From contig CAXXXF010000002.1 in assembly GCA_963667175.2 (NCBI GenBank), positions 192,001-256,000 on the forward strand: 64,000 bases of DNA. The letters run 5' to 3'. The notes beneath the pieces are model-generated. The model made no database searches and was not told where the DNA came from. It was given only the letters and a program-made list of their open reading frames with translations. The translations under genes were made by a program, and so were the position numbers. Positions 17,720 to 27,751 of this stretch are shown piece by piece (position 1 is the stretch's first letter; each line of letters opens with the position of its first letter). The stretch comes from Candidatus Latescibacterota bacterium. GTDB lineage: Bacteria > Latescibacterota > UBA2968 > GCA-2709665.

Positions 17720-19408
17720 GTGAGATCCGTATTTCTCCTGCTCGCCTTTCTGTCGTTGGCGCAGACCGTCCACGCGGGCGACAATACACCGGATTTGCCG
17801 CTTATTCACGGGGTTTATCGGTCGCTCGACCGGTACGACGCCAATGGATGGCTGGACTTCGCGGCGTCGCAGGACAGACCGTACACCCGCCTTCAGATCG
17901 CCCGGCTTCTGATCCGGGTGATGCGCAACAAAGAAGCGCAGGCCGCCATGTCGCGTACCGAACGGGGTATCTTCCGGAGACACATGGCGGAGTTCCGTCC
18001 CGAGGTCGCGCGATTGGGCCATGCGCCGCCGCCGGCGCGGCCCGGCGCCCTCGGCCGGCTGGCGGACGCTCTCTATTCGTGGCAGGATACGGCTGCGTCC
18101 GTTGTGTTGGACGCGCTCTTCCGGCAGCGGTTGATTCTGTTCAGAGGCGAGGAACGGGAAGACGAGACGGTTTCTCAGACGCACGTGGGCGCGCTCGCAC
18201 GCGGTACCGTTGGAGATCGGTTTGGTTTCCGGGTTCGCCACTTCGAGGCCCGCGAGTGGAGCACCCTCCGGCGCCGGACCCGGTCGGATATCGTGGCCCG
18301 TCCGATCGAGCTGGCGCAGATCAAGGGAAATGCCGTGGATTTTCGCGAAGCCACGTTTCAGCTGGTCTGGGCGACGCGCTGGTTCGACGTCAGCGCGGGA
18401 AAAGGCAGCCTGGATTGGGGGCCGGGCCGGACCGGCAATCTGTTTCTGACCGCTTTCGCGCCGTCTTTCGGGATCTTGCGGTTCAATGCGCAGTACCGCC
18501 GGCTGCGCTTCAAACACATTCTGGGATTCCTCGAGGCGGAACGGGGCATGGTCGACACCGCCCTGACCCGGATCGATAACGGCCACCTGCGTACGTTTCA
18601 GCGGGCCAAGGCGATTGCCGCCCATCGGGTGGAGTTCGATCTGTCCCCGCGTGCCAGTCTGGGTCTTCAGGAGGCCGTGATCTATGGAGACCGAAATCTG
18701 GAGTTTCTGTACCTTCCGCCCGTGTCCCTGCTGACGGCCGCGCAGACGTCCGTGGGGGACAAAGACAATCTTGTCGTGGCGCTCGACGTTACTTTCAGGC
18801 CGACGAACGGCATCCAGGCCTACGTTGCGCTATTCATGGATGACCTGAGGAAGTTCAGCCCGGGAGACTTTTCCAACAAGCTCGCCACTCAGGTCGGCGT
18901 TTTCTGGGTCGATCCGATCGGATTGCGGGATACTGACGTTCGAGTCGAATTCGTGCACGTGGAGCCGTACGTGTATTCTCACAGGTTCGACGTCAATTCC
19001 TACACTCATTTCGACGCCCTGCTTGGATATCCCACGGGGCCGAATTCCGACAGATTCTGGGCGCGGGTAACGCACCGGCTGTCGCGGGCCCTAACGGTGT
19101 CGGCAAGCCTGGATCGCGCCCGGGAGGGCGAGAATATCGAGCATCCGGACGGAACCGTGACGAACGTGGGCGGAGACGCGCTGCGGGGCCGGCGTCCGAC
19201 GGATCCGGCGATCAGGGAGTTTATGAGCGGCACGGTGGAGAAACGTACCCACGTCGGGGCGGACCTCGTATTCGAGCCGGTCCGGGACCTGGCGCTTTCC
19301 GCAACCTACCGGCTGACGCGGGCGGGCAACGTGCTTCTGCGCGACGGAACCCGCGGGGATGGAAGCACCCACGACTGGCGCGTGACGCTGGACTTCAATT
19401 TCTTCTGA
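17720..19408 (+). CDS. Capsule assembly Wzi-like outer-membrane beta-barrel protein
   Basis: Signal peptide from GTG 17720, WGPG..GNL motif, HR.E...LGLQEAVIYG, LGYPTGPNSD, and a C-terminal Phe. Confidence 0.75.
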   Translation: MRSVFLLLAFLSLAQTVHAGDNTPDLPLIHGVYRSLDRYDANGWLDFAASQDRPYTRLQIARLLIRVMRNKEAQAAMSRTERGIFRRHMAEFRPEVARLGHAPPPARPGALGRLADALYSWQDTAASVVLDALFRQRLILFRGEEREDETVSQTHVGALARGTVGDRFGFRVRHFEAREWSTLRRRTRSDIVARPIELAQIKGNAVDFREATFQLVWATRWFDVSAGKGSLDWGPGRTGNLFLTAFAPSFGILRFNAQYRRLRFKHILGFLEAERGMVDTALTRIDNGHLRTFQRAKAIAAHRVEFDLSPRASLGLQEAVIYGDRNLEFLYLPPVSLLTAAQTSVGDKDNLVVALDVTFRPTNGIQAYVALFMDDLRKFSPGDFSNKLATQVGVFWVDPIGLRDTDVRVEFVHVEPYVYSHRFDVNSYTHFDALLGYPTGPNSDRFWARVTHRLSRALTVSASLDRAREGENIEHPDGTVTNVGGDALRGRRPTDPAIREFMSGTVEKRTHVGADLVFEPVRDLALSATYRLTRAGNVLLRDGTRGDGSTHDWRVTLDFNFF

Positions 19409-19414
19409 GGACCG

Positions 19415-20863
19415 ATGGAAACGGCTACGGGCCCGTCGACGGAGAGAATACGCGAAGGGTGGGCAATAGCGGCCGTCTGCGTCGCCCAACTCGCGCTGAT
19501 CACGCTGCCCTTCTGGCGTTTCGGCGAGGTGATTCCGGTGATCACCGTCAGCCTGGTCGTGGTTTCCGGGATCGCCCTGATGGCGTCGGTCACGTCCGCG
19601 CTCCTGTATCTCTGCTTTATCGCCTCCGTGATCTCCTCCGAGTTCTACGAAGATCATCTCATGCTGCCCGGGAATCTGCATTTCTGCGAGGCGCTGTTTC
19701 TGTTGGTATGGGGTGTGGCATTCGTCGCCTGGCTGCAGGAACGACGGCTAAACCGGGTACGCACCCGGCTGGACCGTCCGTTGCTGGTTTTTCTGGCGCT
19801 GGTCGTGGCATCGATGGCGCTGGGTCTGTTTTACGGTCAGGACGTCCGGCAGATGCTGAGGGACGTGCGGTATCCGCTCTACTACGTGCTGTTCTTCGTC
19901 GTGACAGGCTTTTTCGATCTGCGCAGGCGCGGGATGTTTCTGGCCGTGCTGGTCGTCTCCGCGGCCGTCGTGGGCGTGGAGTACATGGTTGAATTCGTCC
20001 GCGCCGTCGATCTCTCGTATGCCGGCGCATTTTTCCGCGTGGCGCGCCGTGAGGGGCTGCTGCTCCCGATGGGCGTTCTGGTTCTCGCGGCGGCTTTCCT
20101 TTACGACACGTCGCCGGTTCGCCGCACGGTCGGCGGCCTTCTCCTGGTACCCATCGGTCTGGCGCTGGTGGTCACGATGGGTCGCGCCATGTGGGGCAGC
20201 CTGTTGTTCGGACTGTTCTGTGTGGGTGGGCTGGTTCTGCTCGACCGGGGGAGGCGCCGTGGACGCCGGCTTCTGATCTTGATGCTGATTCCGGTTCTGC
20301 TCCTGGGCCTGGGATACTATTTTCAGCAGTTTACGGGCGCTGGAGTCGAGGACGTGGCGGCCCATCGTCTGCGCCGCACGGTAACCGAGGGTGACCTGGA
20401 GATCCAGGGGCGTCTGCTGGCCTACGCGCTGGCCGTCGAGAAGATCCGGGAGCGGCCGGTGCTGGGTGGCGGACACGGCGCAACGATTTCCTATCTGAGG
20501 GTCGACGAGTACTCGCAACCCTACGTCTTTACCTCCGGAGGGGTTGACAATACCTATCTGACGATCATGATGCGTATGGGAATTCTGGGCGTGATCGCGT
20601 TCCTCTGGATTTTCATCCGGGGGCTGCGGATCGCGTACGGGATGTTCCGCCGCACTGACGATCCGCACAAAAAGGCCTTCTGCGCCGCGTTTCTGGCGGT
20701 GTACGCGGCACTGCTGGTGTACATTTTGACTGACAATACAATGATGGGCAACCGGCTGATTTTCTGGCATGCGTGTTTTCTTGGCATTCTGGCCCGTTTG
20801 GATGGAGAGGCGGATGAAACCGGCGGTGACGGCGGTGGTGGTGAACTGGAACGCAGGTCATGA
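19415..20863 (+). CDS. O-antigen ligase/polymerase (Wzy_C family) membrane protein
   Basis: About 12 TM helices, TMGRAMW, R.....A...IRERPVLGGG.G and DNTYL....MGILG. Confidence 0.85.
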   Translation: METATGPSTERIREGWAIAAVCVAQLALITLPFWRFGEVIPVITVSLVVVSGIALMASVTSALLYLCFIASVISSEFYEDHLMLPGNLHFCEALFLLVWGVAFVAWLQERRLNRVRTRLDRPLLVFLALVVASMALGLFYGQDVRQMLRDVRYPLYYVLFFVVTGFFDLRRRGMFLAVLVVSAAVVGVEYMVEFVRAVDLSYAGAFFRVARREGLLLPMGVLVLAAAFLYDTSPVRRTVGGLLLVPIGLALVVTMGRAMWGSLLFGLFCVGGLVLLDRGRRRGRRLLILMLIPVLLLGLGYYFQQFTGAGVEDVAAHRLRRTVTEGDLEIQGRLLAYALAVEKIRERPVLGGGHGATISYLRVDEYSQPYVFTSGGVDNTYLTIMMRMGILGVIAFLWIFIRGLRIAYGMFRRTDDPHKKAFCAAFLAVYAALLVYILTDNTMMGNRLIFWHACFLGILARLDGEADETGGDGGGGELERRS

Positions 20864-21776
20864 CCTGTTCCGGTGCGTCGCGTCGCTGATCGAAGCAAAG
20901 GAACGGCTTCGACTGGACGTGGTGGTTGTGGACAACGCGTCGTCGGACGGCAGTCCCGACGCGCTGGAACCCTTTGGCGACGGCGTGAGGCTGGTGGAGA
21001 TGGGAGGGAACTTCGGGTTTGGCAGGGGCGTCAACAGGGGGGTGGAGGGGTGCGCCTCTCCTTACGTTCTCGCCATGAACCCGGACGTGACCGTGTCGCC
21101 GGATGCGGTTGAACGCCTGTTGGATTATCTCGAAGCCAACGACCGCGTCGGCGTGGTTGGGCCGCGCCTCGTGGACCGGAGGGGTCGAGCGCACCTGTCC
21201 TGCGGCGGGGCGCCTCGACTGGCTGGCGAAATCTGCCGTAAATTCCTGTTGCATCTTGTTTTTCCAATGCTTAAATTCGGCTGCCGGGTCTCCCGTGGGC
21301 CAACCTCGGTCGGCTGGGTGACGGGCGCCTGTTTCCTTGCGCGTCGCAGCGCCTTAAGCGAGGTCGGCGGCATGGACGACGCGATATTCATGTATTACGA
21401 AGACGTCGACCTCTGCCTCAGGCTTGGTAAGGCCGGTTGGTCCGTGGTCTATCTGCCGGAGGCTTGCGCGTTCCATGCGGGAGGCAGGAGTTCGAGGAAG
21501 GCGCAGGACCGGATGCTTGTGGAGGGCATGGCGAGTCATCTTTACGTGATGAACAAACACCTGGGAGATCGTGCGGGCCGCCTCCTGGCTGCGCTGACGT
21601 TTCCGGAGTTGGTTTTGAGAACGCTGCTCTGGGGAGGCCTCTTCTTATTGCCCGGATTCAGGCAGGAGGCCAGGGCAAGGCTGAAGGCGTATCGACGGGT
21701 CCTGACGGGGGGCATTGAACGTTGGACCCGCTTCGGTTTCCCGCGAAGGTGTTCGGGACCGAAGGAGATTTCATGA
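20814..21776 (+). CDS. Glycosyltransferase family 2 (WbbL-like)
   Basis: VVVNWN, VVDNASSDGS, NFGFGRGVNRG, MNPD, WVTGACF and FMYYEDVDLCLR. Confidence 0.93.
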   Translation: MKPAVTAVVVNWNAGHDLFRCVASLIEAKERLRLDVVVVDNASSDGSPDALEPFGDGVRLVEMGGNFGFGRGVNRGVEGCASPYVLAMNPDVTVSPDAVERLLDYLEANDRVGVVGPRLVDRRGRAHLSCGGAPRLAGEICRKFLLHLVFPMLKFGCRVSRGPTSVGWVTGACFLARRSALSEVGGMDDAIFMYYEDVDLCLRLGKAGWSVVYLPEACAFHAGGRSSRKAQDRMLVEGMASHLYVMNKHLGDRAGRLLAALTFPELVLRTLLWGGLFLLPGFRQEARARLKAYRRVLTGGIERWTRFGFPRRCSGPKEIS

Positions 21777-22912
21777 TACCCATCTGGCGGGCCTGTTTCG
21801 ACGAAGAGGAGGTGGCGGCGGTCCGGGAAGTGATGTTGTCCGGATGGGTAGGGGCAGGCACGAAGGCCGCAGCCTTCGAGAAGCGGTTCGCCGAGTATAT
21901 CGGGACGTCGTTTGCGGTCAGCGTAAATTCGTGCTCGTCGGCGTTGTTGCTGGCACTTAAGGTGCTGGGCGTGGAGGGCCGCGAAGTCATTACCTCGTCC
22001 ATGACCTTTGTCGCCACAAACCATGCCATCCTCCAGAACGGCGCCACTCCGGTATTCTGCGACATCGATCCCGTCACGCTGAATCTGGACCCCGAATGCG
22101 TCGCCCGCCGGGTTTCGGACAGAACGGCCGCAATTATGGTTGTGCATCACAGCGGCCACCCCTGCGACATGGATCCGATACTGGAGGTCGCCTCGTCCAG
22201 GAACATCCCGGTTGTGGAAGATGCCGCCCATGCCTGCGGCGCCCGGTACAAGGGTCGGATGGCTGGCGGATTGGGAACGATCGGATGTTTCAGTTTCCAG
22301 GCTCAGAAGAATCTGACGACCTGCGACGGCGGAATGCTCACCACCAACGATGCCCGACTGGCCGAGCGCGTCAAGCGGCTGAGCTGGATGGGCATCCCCC
22401 AGGGTACGTGGGACCGGTTTACGGCAGGTCCGCAACAGAAGCGATGGCTGTACGACGTGACCGAGGTGGGTCACAAGTTCTATATGAACGATCTGAATGC
22501 GGCCATCGGGCTGGTCCAGCTGGGGAGGCTGGAGTCTGCCAACGCCCAGAGACGGGAAATCGTCCTGCAATACGACAAGGCGTTTTCCGATCTGCCGTGG
22601 CTTCGGTCGCCCAGGATTGCGCCATACGCGCGCAGCGCGTTCCATGCCTACGTTCCGCGCGTGTCGGACCGGGACAATCTGGTCGCCCATCTGCACGAAC
22701 GGGACGTCGATTCCAGCGTACATTATTATCCGAATCATCTGTATCCGATCCACGAACCCCATCGTTGCTCGTTGCCGGTGACCGAGTCGGTGTGGCATGA
22801 ACTGCTAACGCTGCCGCTGTATCCGGCGATGACCGACCGGGACGTTGCCCAGGTAATCGACGCTGTCCGGAGCTTTCAACCCAACTGCCGGAATCCTCGC
22901 GACGGGTCCTGA
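21773..22912 (+). CDS. DegT/DnrJ/EryC1/StrS PLP-dependent nucleotide-sugar aminotransferase
   Basis: FE..FAEY.G, TFVAT, EDAAHACG and FSFQAQKNLTTCDGG. Confidence 0.95.
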   Translation: MIPIWRACFDEEEVAAVREVMLSGWVGAGTKAAAFEKRFAEYIGTSFAVSVNSCSSALLLALKVLGVEGREVITSSMTFVATNHAILQNGATPVFCDIDPVTLNLDPECVARRVSDRTAAIMVVHHSGHPCDMDPILEVASSRNIPVVEDAAHACGARYKGRMAGGLGTIGCFSFQAQKNLTTCDGGMLTTNDARLAERVKRLSWMGIPQGTWDRFTAGPQQKRWLYDVTEVGHKFYMNDLNAAIGLVQLGRLESANAQRREIVLQYDKAFSDLPWLRSPRIAPYARSAFHAYVPRVSDRDNLVAHLHERDVDSSVHYYPNHLYPIHEPHRCSLPVTESVWHELLTLPLYPAMTDRDVAQVIDAVRSFQPNCRNPRDGS

Positions 22913-22939
22913 TTCGCGCTCGCGAGCAGAGAGGTTAGC

Positions 22940-23914
22940 GTGTTGTCCTCAGCGTTGTTTCTTGCTTTCGGTTTCGGAACCGCTCTCCTGCTGACGCCTC
23001 TTCTGCGAGCCGCCGCGTTGCGCGCCTCGTGGTTGAAGTCAGTCGGGTCCAACGACGCGGAACCGGTGCCGCCTATCGGCGGCGTGGCCATTGCGGTCGC
23101 AACCCTGCTGCTGCTTCCCTTTGCGCCGCTGTCGTTTCCCATTGGCCTGTGGATTGGCGCGCTTGGCATGGGCGCCATCGGATTCGTCGACGATAGGTGG
23201 CCGCTATCACCCCTTCAAAAGCTTGCGTTTCAAATTTTCACGGTCATTATTGCGGTTGGTGGCGGGCTTCGATTCGACACGACCGGAAGTGCCGTGGTCG
23301 ACGCTGTACTAACCGGAGTGTGGCTGGTCTGGATGTGCAACGCGTTTAACGTGCTCGACATGATGGACGGTTTGTCCGCAGGCGCAGGCGCGATCGCTTC
23401 AATTGGACTGGCGGGGTTGGGTCTCGTCGTCGGCGCCGCGCCGGTTGTGATTCTGGGCGCCAGCCTGGCGGGAGGCTTTCTGGGTTTCCTGGTTTACAAC
23501 GCTCATCCCGCCAGGGTCTACATGGGCGACGCCGGCAGTCTGTTCGCCGGGTTTGTGCTTGGCGCGATGTCGGTGGAGATATCGAGGGCGATGCCGGGCG
23601 TTCAGGGCGAACTCTGCACGGTACTGGTGCTGGGCGTTCCCTGTTTCGAAGCCGTGTTTCTGTGTGTGGTGAGAAAGAGAAAGGGCTTGCCCGTGATGAG
23701 AGCCAGCCGCGATCACGTTGCGCAGCGGCTGGTGAAAATGGGGCATTCCGTCCGCGGCGCGGTTCAGCGTATTCATCTTGCAGGTGGACTTCTCGCCCTT
23801 TGCGGAATCCTGGCGGCCGTGGCGCCGGCCGCGATCAGCTTTGCCATTCTCGTCTGTGTGGTCGCGATGGCGGTATGGACCGGCGTCCGGTTGGCCCGCG
23901 TGGAGACCGTATAG
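22940..23914 (+). CDS. Undecaprenyl-phosphate sugar-1-phosphate transferase (WecA/MraY family)
   Basis: P.IGG, GFVDD, NAFNVLDMMDGL, YNAHPARVYMGDAGS and DH motifs. Confidence 0.93.
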   Translation: MLSSALFLAFGFGTALLLTPLLRAAALRASWLKSVGSNDAEPVPPIGGVAIAVATLLLLPFAPLSFPIGLWIGALGMGAIGFVDDRWPLSPLQKLAFQIFTVIIAVGGGLRFDTTGSAVVDAVLTGVWLVWMCNAFNVLDMMDGLSAGAGAIASIGLAGLGLVVGAAPVVILGASLAGGFLGFLVYNAHPARVYMGDAGSLFAGFVLGAMSVEISRAMPGVQGELCTVLVLGVPCFEAVFLCVVRKRKGLPVMRASRDHVAQRLVKMGHSVRGAVQRIHLAGGLLALCGILAAVAPAAISFAILVCVVAMAVWTGVRLARVETV

Positions 23915-23925
23915 AAAGGGGCCGG

Positions 23926-25380
23926 ATGACCGACCTGCGTCGCACAACCGTCCGGGGCTTCTCGTGGACCGGCCTGGCGCAGGGCGCCGGCTACCTGATC
24001 CACGTGGGCGCGCTGGGACTGGCGGTGCGGCATCTGACCGAACCGTCCCGGGCGTTCGGTACGGAGGTGGCCGCGGCCACAATTGTCGGTGTGGGCATCC
24101 TGGTCGCGGAAATGGGCCTGGGCCGGGCCCTGATACAGAAGCGGGACGCGACCGAGGCGCACCTGGCCGCGGCGTTCTGGATGGGCCTGTTCATCTCCTG
24201 TTCGCTGGCCGCCTTTTTCTATCTGACCGCCCGCTTCCTGGGCGGATTTTTTTTTGATGACCCTCAGCTTGCCGCGGTTCTCCCCGCAATGGCCTCGGGG
24301 CTGTTCTTCGCCGGGATGGGCGCCGTTCCCCGGGCGCAGATGGAGCGCGCGTTCCGTTTCAGACAGCTGGCAATTCTGGACGTCTGTGCGGCGTTCTCGA
24401 GCGGATTCACCCTGGCGCTGCTGGCTGTGCAGGGATACGAGGTGTGGAGCCTCGTCTGGGCCTACGTGGTCCGCCACGCGGTTCTGGGCATGGGCCCGTG
24501 GATGTTCTGCCCCGTCAATGCGAGAGCGTCCTTCAGCCTTGCCGATGCAAGGGTGCTGATCGGTTTCGGCGGAAAGTGGACGGGGTCCAGGCTGGCCGGC
24601 TACGTGCAGCAGAACCTGGACTATCTTCTGATAGGCAGGTTCCTGGGGATCGAGGCGTTGGGCTACTACGGACTGGCGTATCGCCTTATCGCAATCCCGC
24701 AGACCCGCGTGGCGCAGGCCATCGCAAAGGTCACCTTTCCGGCCTTCTCCGCTCTCCAGGACGACGTCGCCCGGCTTGGCCGGGCGTATCTGTCCACCGT
24801 GAAGTACGTCGCGGTGCTCGTATTCCCGACGATGGCGGGGTTTTTCCTGTTGGCGGATCCTGGCGTGGAACTGCTCTTCAAGGCGGAGATGGCGCCTGCG
24901 GCGGCCGTCCTTCAGGCGCTTTGCGCGGCCGGGGCGCTCCGGTCTGTCGCGTCTCCCGCCGGCCTGGTCTATTCCGCCGTGGGGCGCACCGGCCTGGCAC
25001 TGATCTGGAATATCTGCGGCGCCGTCTTCATGCTGGCGGCCCTGCGAACGGGCATCGGCTGGGGGTTGACGGGCGCCGCGCTGGCGGTCAGCCTCGGCGT
25101 GCTGGTCCTGACGGTTGTCTCGCAGGTTATCGTGAATCGGCTTGCCCGAATTACATTTGGCGAATACCTCAGGGCGCTGCGTCCCGCCGCGGTGGGCAGC
25201 GGATTGATGATCGGGCTGGTCGCCGTCTACAAGTGGATGGTGACAGGCGCGCTTTCGGATTCTGCGGTGGCCGGGTCCTGCGTGGTCGCGGGCGTGTTGG
25301 TTTATCCGCTTGCGCTACGTTTTCTTTCGAAAGAGACCGCCGTGGAGGCGACGCGCCTGGTCGGACTGATCCGGCGTTAG
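23926..25380 (+). CDS. wzx: Polysaccharide flippase (Wzx/WzxC family)
   Basis: EMGLGRALIQ, NLDYLLIGRFLG...LGYY..AY and VTFPAFS; 12-14 TM helices. Confidence 0.92.
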   Translation: MTDLRRTTVRGFSWTGLAQGAGYLIHVGALGLAVRHLTEPSRAFGTEVAAATIVGVGILVAEMGLGRALIQKRDATEAHLAAAFWMGLFISCSLAAFFYLTARFLGGFFFDDPQLAAVLPAMASGLFFAGMGAVPRAQMERAFRFRQLAILDVCAAFSSGFTLALLAVQGYEVWSLVWAYVVRHAVLGMGPWMFCPVNARASFSLADARVLIGFGGKWTGSRLAGYVQQNLDYLLIGRFLGIEALGYYGLAYRLIAIPQTRVAQAIAKVTFPAFSALQDDVARLGRAYLSTVKYVAVLVFPTMAGFFLLADPGVELLFKAEMAPAAAVLQALCAAGALRSVASPAGLVYSAVGRTGLALIWNICGAVFMLAALRTGIGWGLTGAALAVSLGVLVLTVVSQVIVNRLARITFGEYLRALRPAAVGSGLMIGLVAVYKWMVTGALSDSAVAGSCVVAGVLVYPLALRFLSKETAVEATRLVGLIRR

Positions 25381-25397
25381 AGTACCCGTATGGGGAG

Positions 25398-25559
25398 TGT
25401 TCTGTCCCGGAAATTGGTTGCCTGAATTCGGCCGGCGAGTCGCCCGGCTCGCAAGGCGTGAGAGCGCAGGCGACCTGGGAAACGTCGGCGAGCGATGGCA
25501 ACGCAGCGAGACGGGATGAATCGTCGGCCGAATGGCGAGGTATTTTTGGGACAGAACGC
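25398..25559. mobile_element. MITE-like element, family B, inserted at the 5' end of the sulfotransferase gene
   Basis: TIRs GTTCTGTCCC(GG)AAAT and ATTT(TT)GGGACAGAAC; AG on both flanks; related deleted copy at 17251-17312. Confidence 0.7.
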
Positions 25560-26397
25560 CAGATTACCGGATTTCCTGATTATCGGTGCGCAGAAGTGCG
25601 GAACGACGTGGCTGGCTGCCATGCTCCGCCAGCATCCCGACGTGTACATGCCCGACAGGGAGGTGCATTTCTTCGATAAGGCCGGAAATTACAACAAGGG
25701 TATCGAATGGTATGCCAGTCATTTCGAGGTGGCCGATAACAGAAGCTGCGTGGGTGAGAAAACGCCGGACTATTTCTGGGCGGACGGACGGGGCGGCGAA
25801 GGACACATGCCCGACGTGCATCGGCATATCCGGACTCATCTGCCCCACGCGAAACTGATTGTTACGCTGAAAAATCCCGTTGACCGGGCTGTTTCCGCGG
25901 TAAAGCACCTGATACGGACCGGTCGGATATCTCCGCTGCATCGGATGGACGATTTGCTGGCGGGCAAAAAGACCGACCTGCTGGAAGGGTTCGGGGTCTT
26001 CGAGGTGGGCCGGTTCTTTACGTTGCTCACAGCCTACCTGAACCTGTTCAGACGGGATCAGATTCTGGTGCTTTTTTTTGAAGAGGACGTCGTGCTGCGC
26101 CCGCGTGACGGTCTGAAGAAAGTCTGCAGATTTCTTGAGATCGACGATTCCTTTCATTTTTCGGGGGTGGCGCAGCGGGTCAATCGATTCGACGCCTGCA
26201 AAATACATCTGATCGCACGGTACTATTTCCCGTCCCTGTCTCCCCTGACGAGCGTTCTGGGGCGCTTCCTGCCCGAGAGCGATTTTCTTCCCAGCGAGCC
26301 GGTCGTTCGAAAATTGCACGGACTGTACCAGGAAGAAAACCGAAAGCTGTTCGATCTTCTCGATCGCGATTCTCCGATTTCGTGGCTTTCGGCCTGA
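25495..26397 (+). CDS. PAPS-dependent sulfotransferase (heparan/polysaccharide type); current start lies inside the MITE
   Basis: LPDFLIIGAQKCGTT (5'-PSB loop), E.HFFD, GEKTPDY and NPVDRAVS (3'-PB). Confidence 0.9.
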   Translation: MATQRDGMNRRPNGEVFLGQNARLPDFLIIGAQKCGTTWLAAMLRQHPDVYMPDREVHFFDKAGNYNKGIEWYASHFEVADNRSCVGEKTPDYFWADGRGGEGHMPDVHRHIRTHLPHAKLIVTLKNPVDRAVSAVKHLIRTGRISPLHRMDDLLAGKKTDLLEGFGVFEVGRFFTLLTAYLNLFRRDQILVLFFEEDVVLRPRDGLKKVCRFLEIDDSFHFSGVAQRVNRFDACKIHLIARYYFPSLSPLTSVLGRFLPESDFLPSEPVVRKLHGLYQEENRKLFDLLDRDSPISWLSA

Positions 26398-26429
26398 CTG
26401 CGGATTCCCCGAAAATGCGCCGTTTTCCA

Positions 26430-26458
26430 TTGATTCGCCGGAATTCCGTGTTTATATT
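26430..26458 (+). promoter_or_regulatory. Putative internal promoter
   Basis: TTGATT-N17-TATATT; shares GTGTTTATATT with the site at 27625-27653. Confidence 0.4.
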
Positions 26459-26475
26459 GATGGAGCTTTCCCGTT

Positions 26476-27564
26476 TTGAGGGTTTTTTTCGTCGCGCTCA
26501 CCGGGCCCCGGTTTGCCGCCAGCCGTACACGCGTCTTTGACTATCTCCCCTTCCTGAAGGCCAATGGCGTGCAGGCCGACGTGGCGGTTGTATTGCCTGA
26601 TCGGATATCCACCTGGACGTACGCAAGGAGAGGGTTCGGTCGTCTGATCCATTATGCGTGGGTGTGGTGGCGCTCGTTCAGAGTGGGGCTGCGAACCCTC
26701 AGTCTTGCGCGACGGTACCACGTTGTGTTCGTGCAGAGGGCTTTTTTCAGCGCGCCCGTCGCCAGGCTCCTCCGGCTGTTTTCGCGGAAGGTCATCTTCG
26801 ATTTCGACGACGCGATCTTTACCACGGAGGCGCCCGAAGAAGACTGGATGGCACGGCTCAGAACCCGGCACCATTCCCGGGGGCTGGCGGAGATGCTCCG
26901 GGCGTCATCCAGGGTCATCGTCGAAAACGCCTACACAGCTTCGTACGCCGAACGGTTCTGCCCGGACGTGTCGATCATTACGGGGCCGATCGACACGGAG
27001 AGGTACTTCCCCGGAAGCGCGGGCGAGGAAGCCGATTGCGTGGTTCTCGGCTGGATCGGCACCTACACGTCCGCCCCGTATCTCGAACTGATCCGTGAGC
27101 CGCTTGCCGAGTTGGGCAGGCGGCACCGCCATATCCGGCTTTGTCTGATCGGCGAGGGCGGCTTTGATACGGACGCTTTGCCGACGGAATGGCGCCCGTG
27201 GTCTCTGGAGACCGAGGTTCAGGACCTGCGGGGGTTCGATATCGGCCTGATGCCTCTGCCCGACGATCCATGGACGCGGGGAAAGGGCGGATATAAGCTC
27301 CTGCAATACTTCTCAATGGGAATTCCGGCAGTGAGCAGCCCCGTGGGCATAAACACCGAAATCGTGGAAGACGGCGTCAACGGGTTTTGCGCAAGTTCTC
27401 ACGGCGAATGGGTTTCCTGTCTGGACCGGCTGATCCGAGACCGGGCGCTTCGGGTTCGGATGGGCGGGGCCGGACGCGCAAGAATGGAAGCCCGTTATTC
27501 GCTGCAACACAGCAGCCGGAGGCTGTTGCGGATCCTGCGTTCGGCGGCCGGGCCGGAGTCATGA
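26476..27564 (+). CDS. Glycosyltransferase family 4
   Basis: ASRTR, IFDFDDAIF, GWIGT, DIGLMPL.D..W.RGKGGYKLLQY and SPVG.N. Confidence 0.92.
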   Translation: MRVFFVALTGPRFAASRTRVFDYLPFLKANGVQADVAVVLPDRISTWTYARRGFGRLIHYAWVWWRSFRVGLRTLSLARRYHVVFVQRAFFSAPVARLLRLFSRKVIFDFDDAIFTTEAPEEDWMARLRTRHHSRGLAEMLRASSRVIVENAYTASYAERFCPDVSIITGPIDTERYFPGSAGEEADCVVLGWIGTYTSAPYLELIREPLAELGRRHRHIRLCLIGEGGFDTDALPTEWRPWSLETEVQDLRGFDIGLMPLPDDPWTRGKGGYKLLQYFSMGIPAVSSPVGINTEIVEDGVNGFCASSHGEWVSCLDRLIRDRALRVRMGGAGRARMEARYSLQHSSRRLLRILRSAAGPES

Positions 27565-27624
27565 GCGTGCCTTCCCGATCGCGGTTCTATACGATTTACT
27601 TATACTTAATGGATAACTTTTACA

Positions 27625-27653
27625 TTGCCGGTTTATCCCGGTGTGTTTATATT
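27625..27653 (+). promoter_or_regulatory. Putative internal promoter
   Basis: TTGCCG-N17-TATATT in an AT-rich gap. Confidence 0.4.
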
Positions 27654-27751
27654 TGATGCGCTGATCCCGGTTTCGAAGCCTTTTTATTCAACCCCATCGT
27701 GGAGATTCCACCTGCGGAGTCGGTTTGCCTGCGGAACCTTCAGACGCGTCA

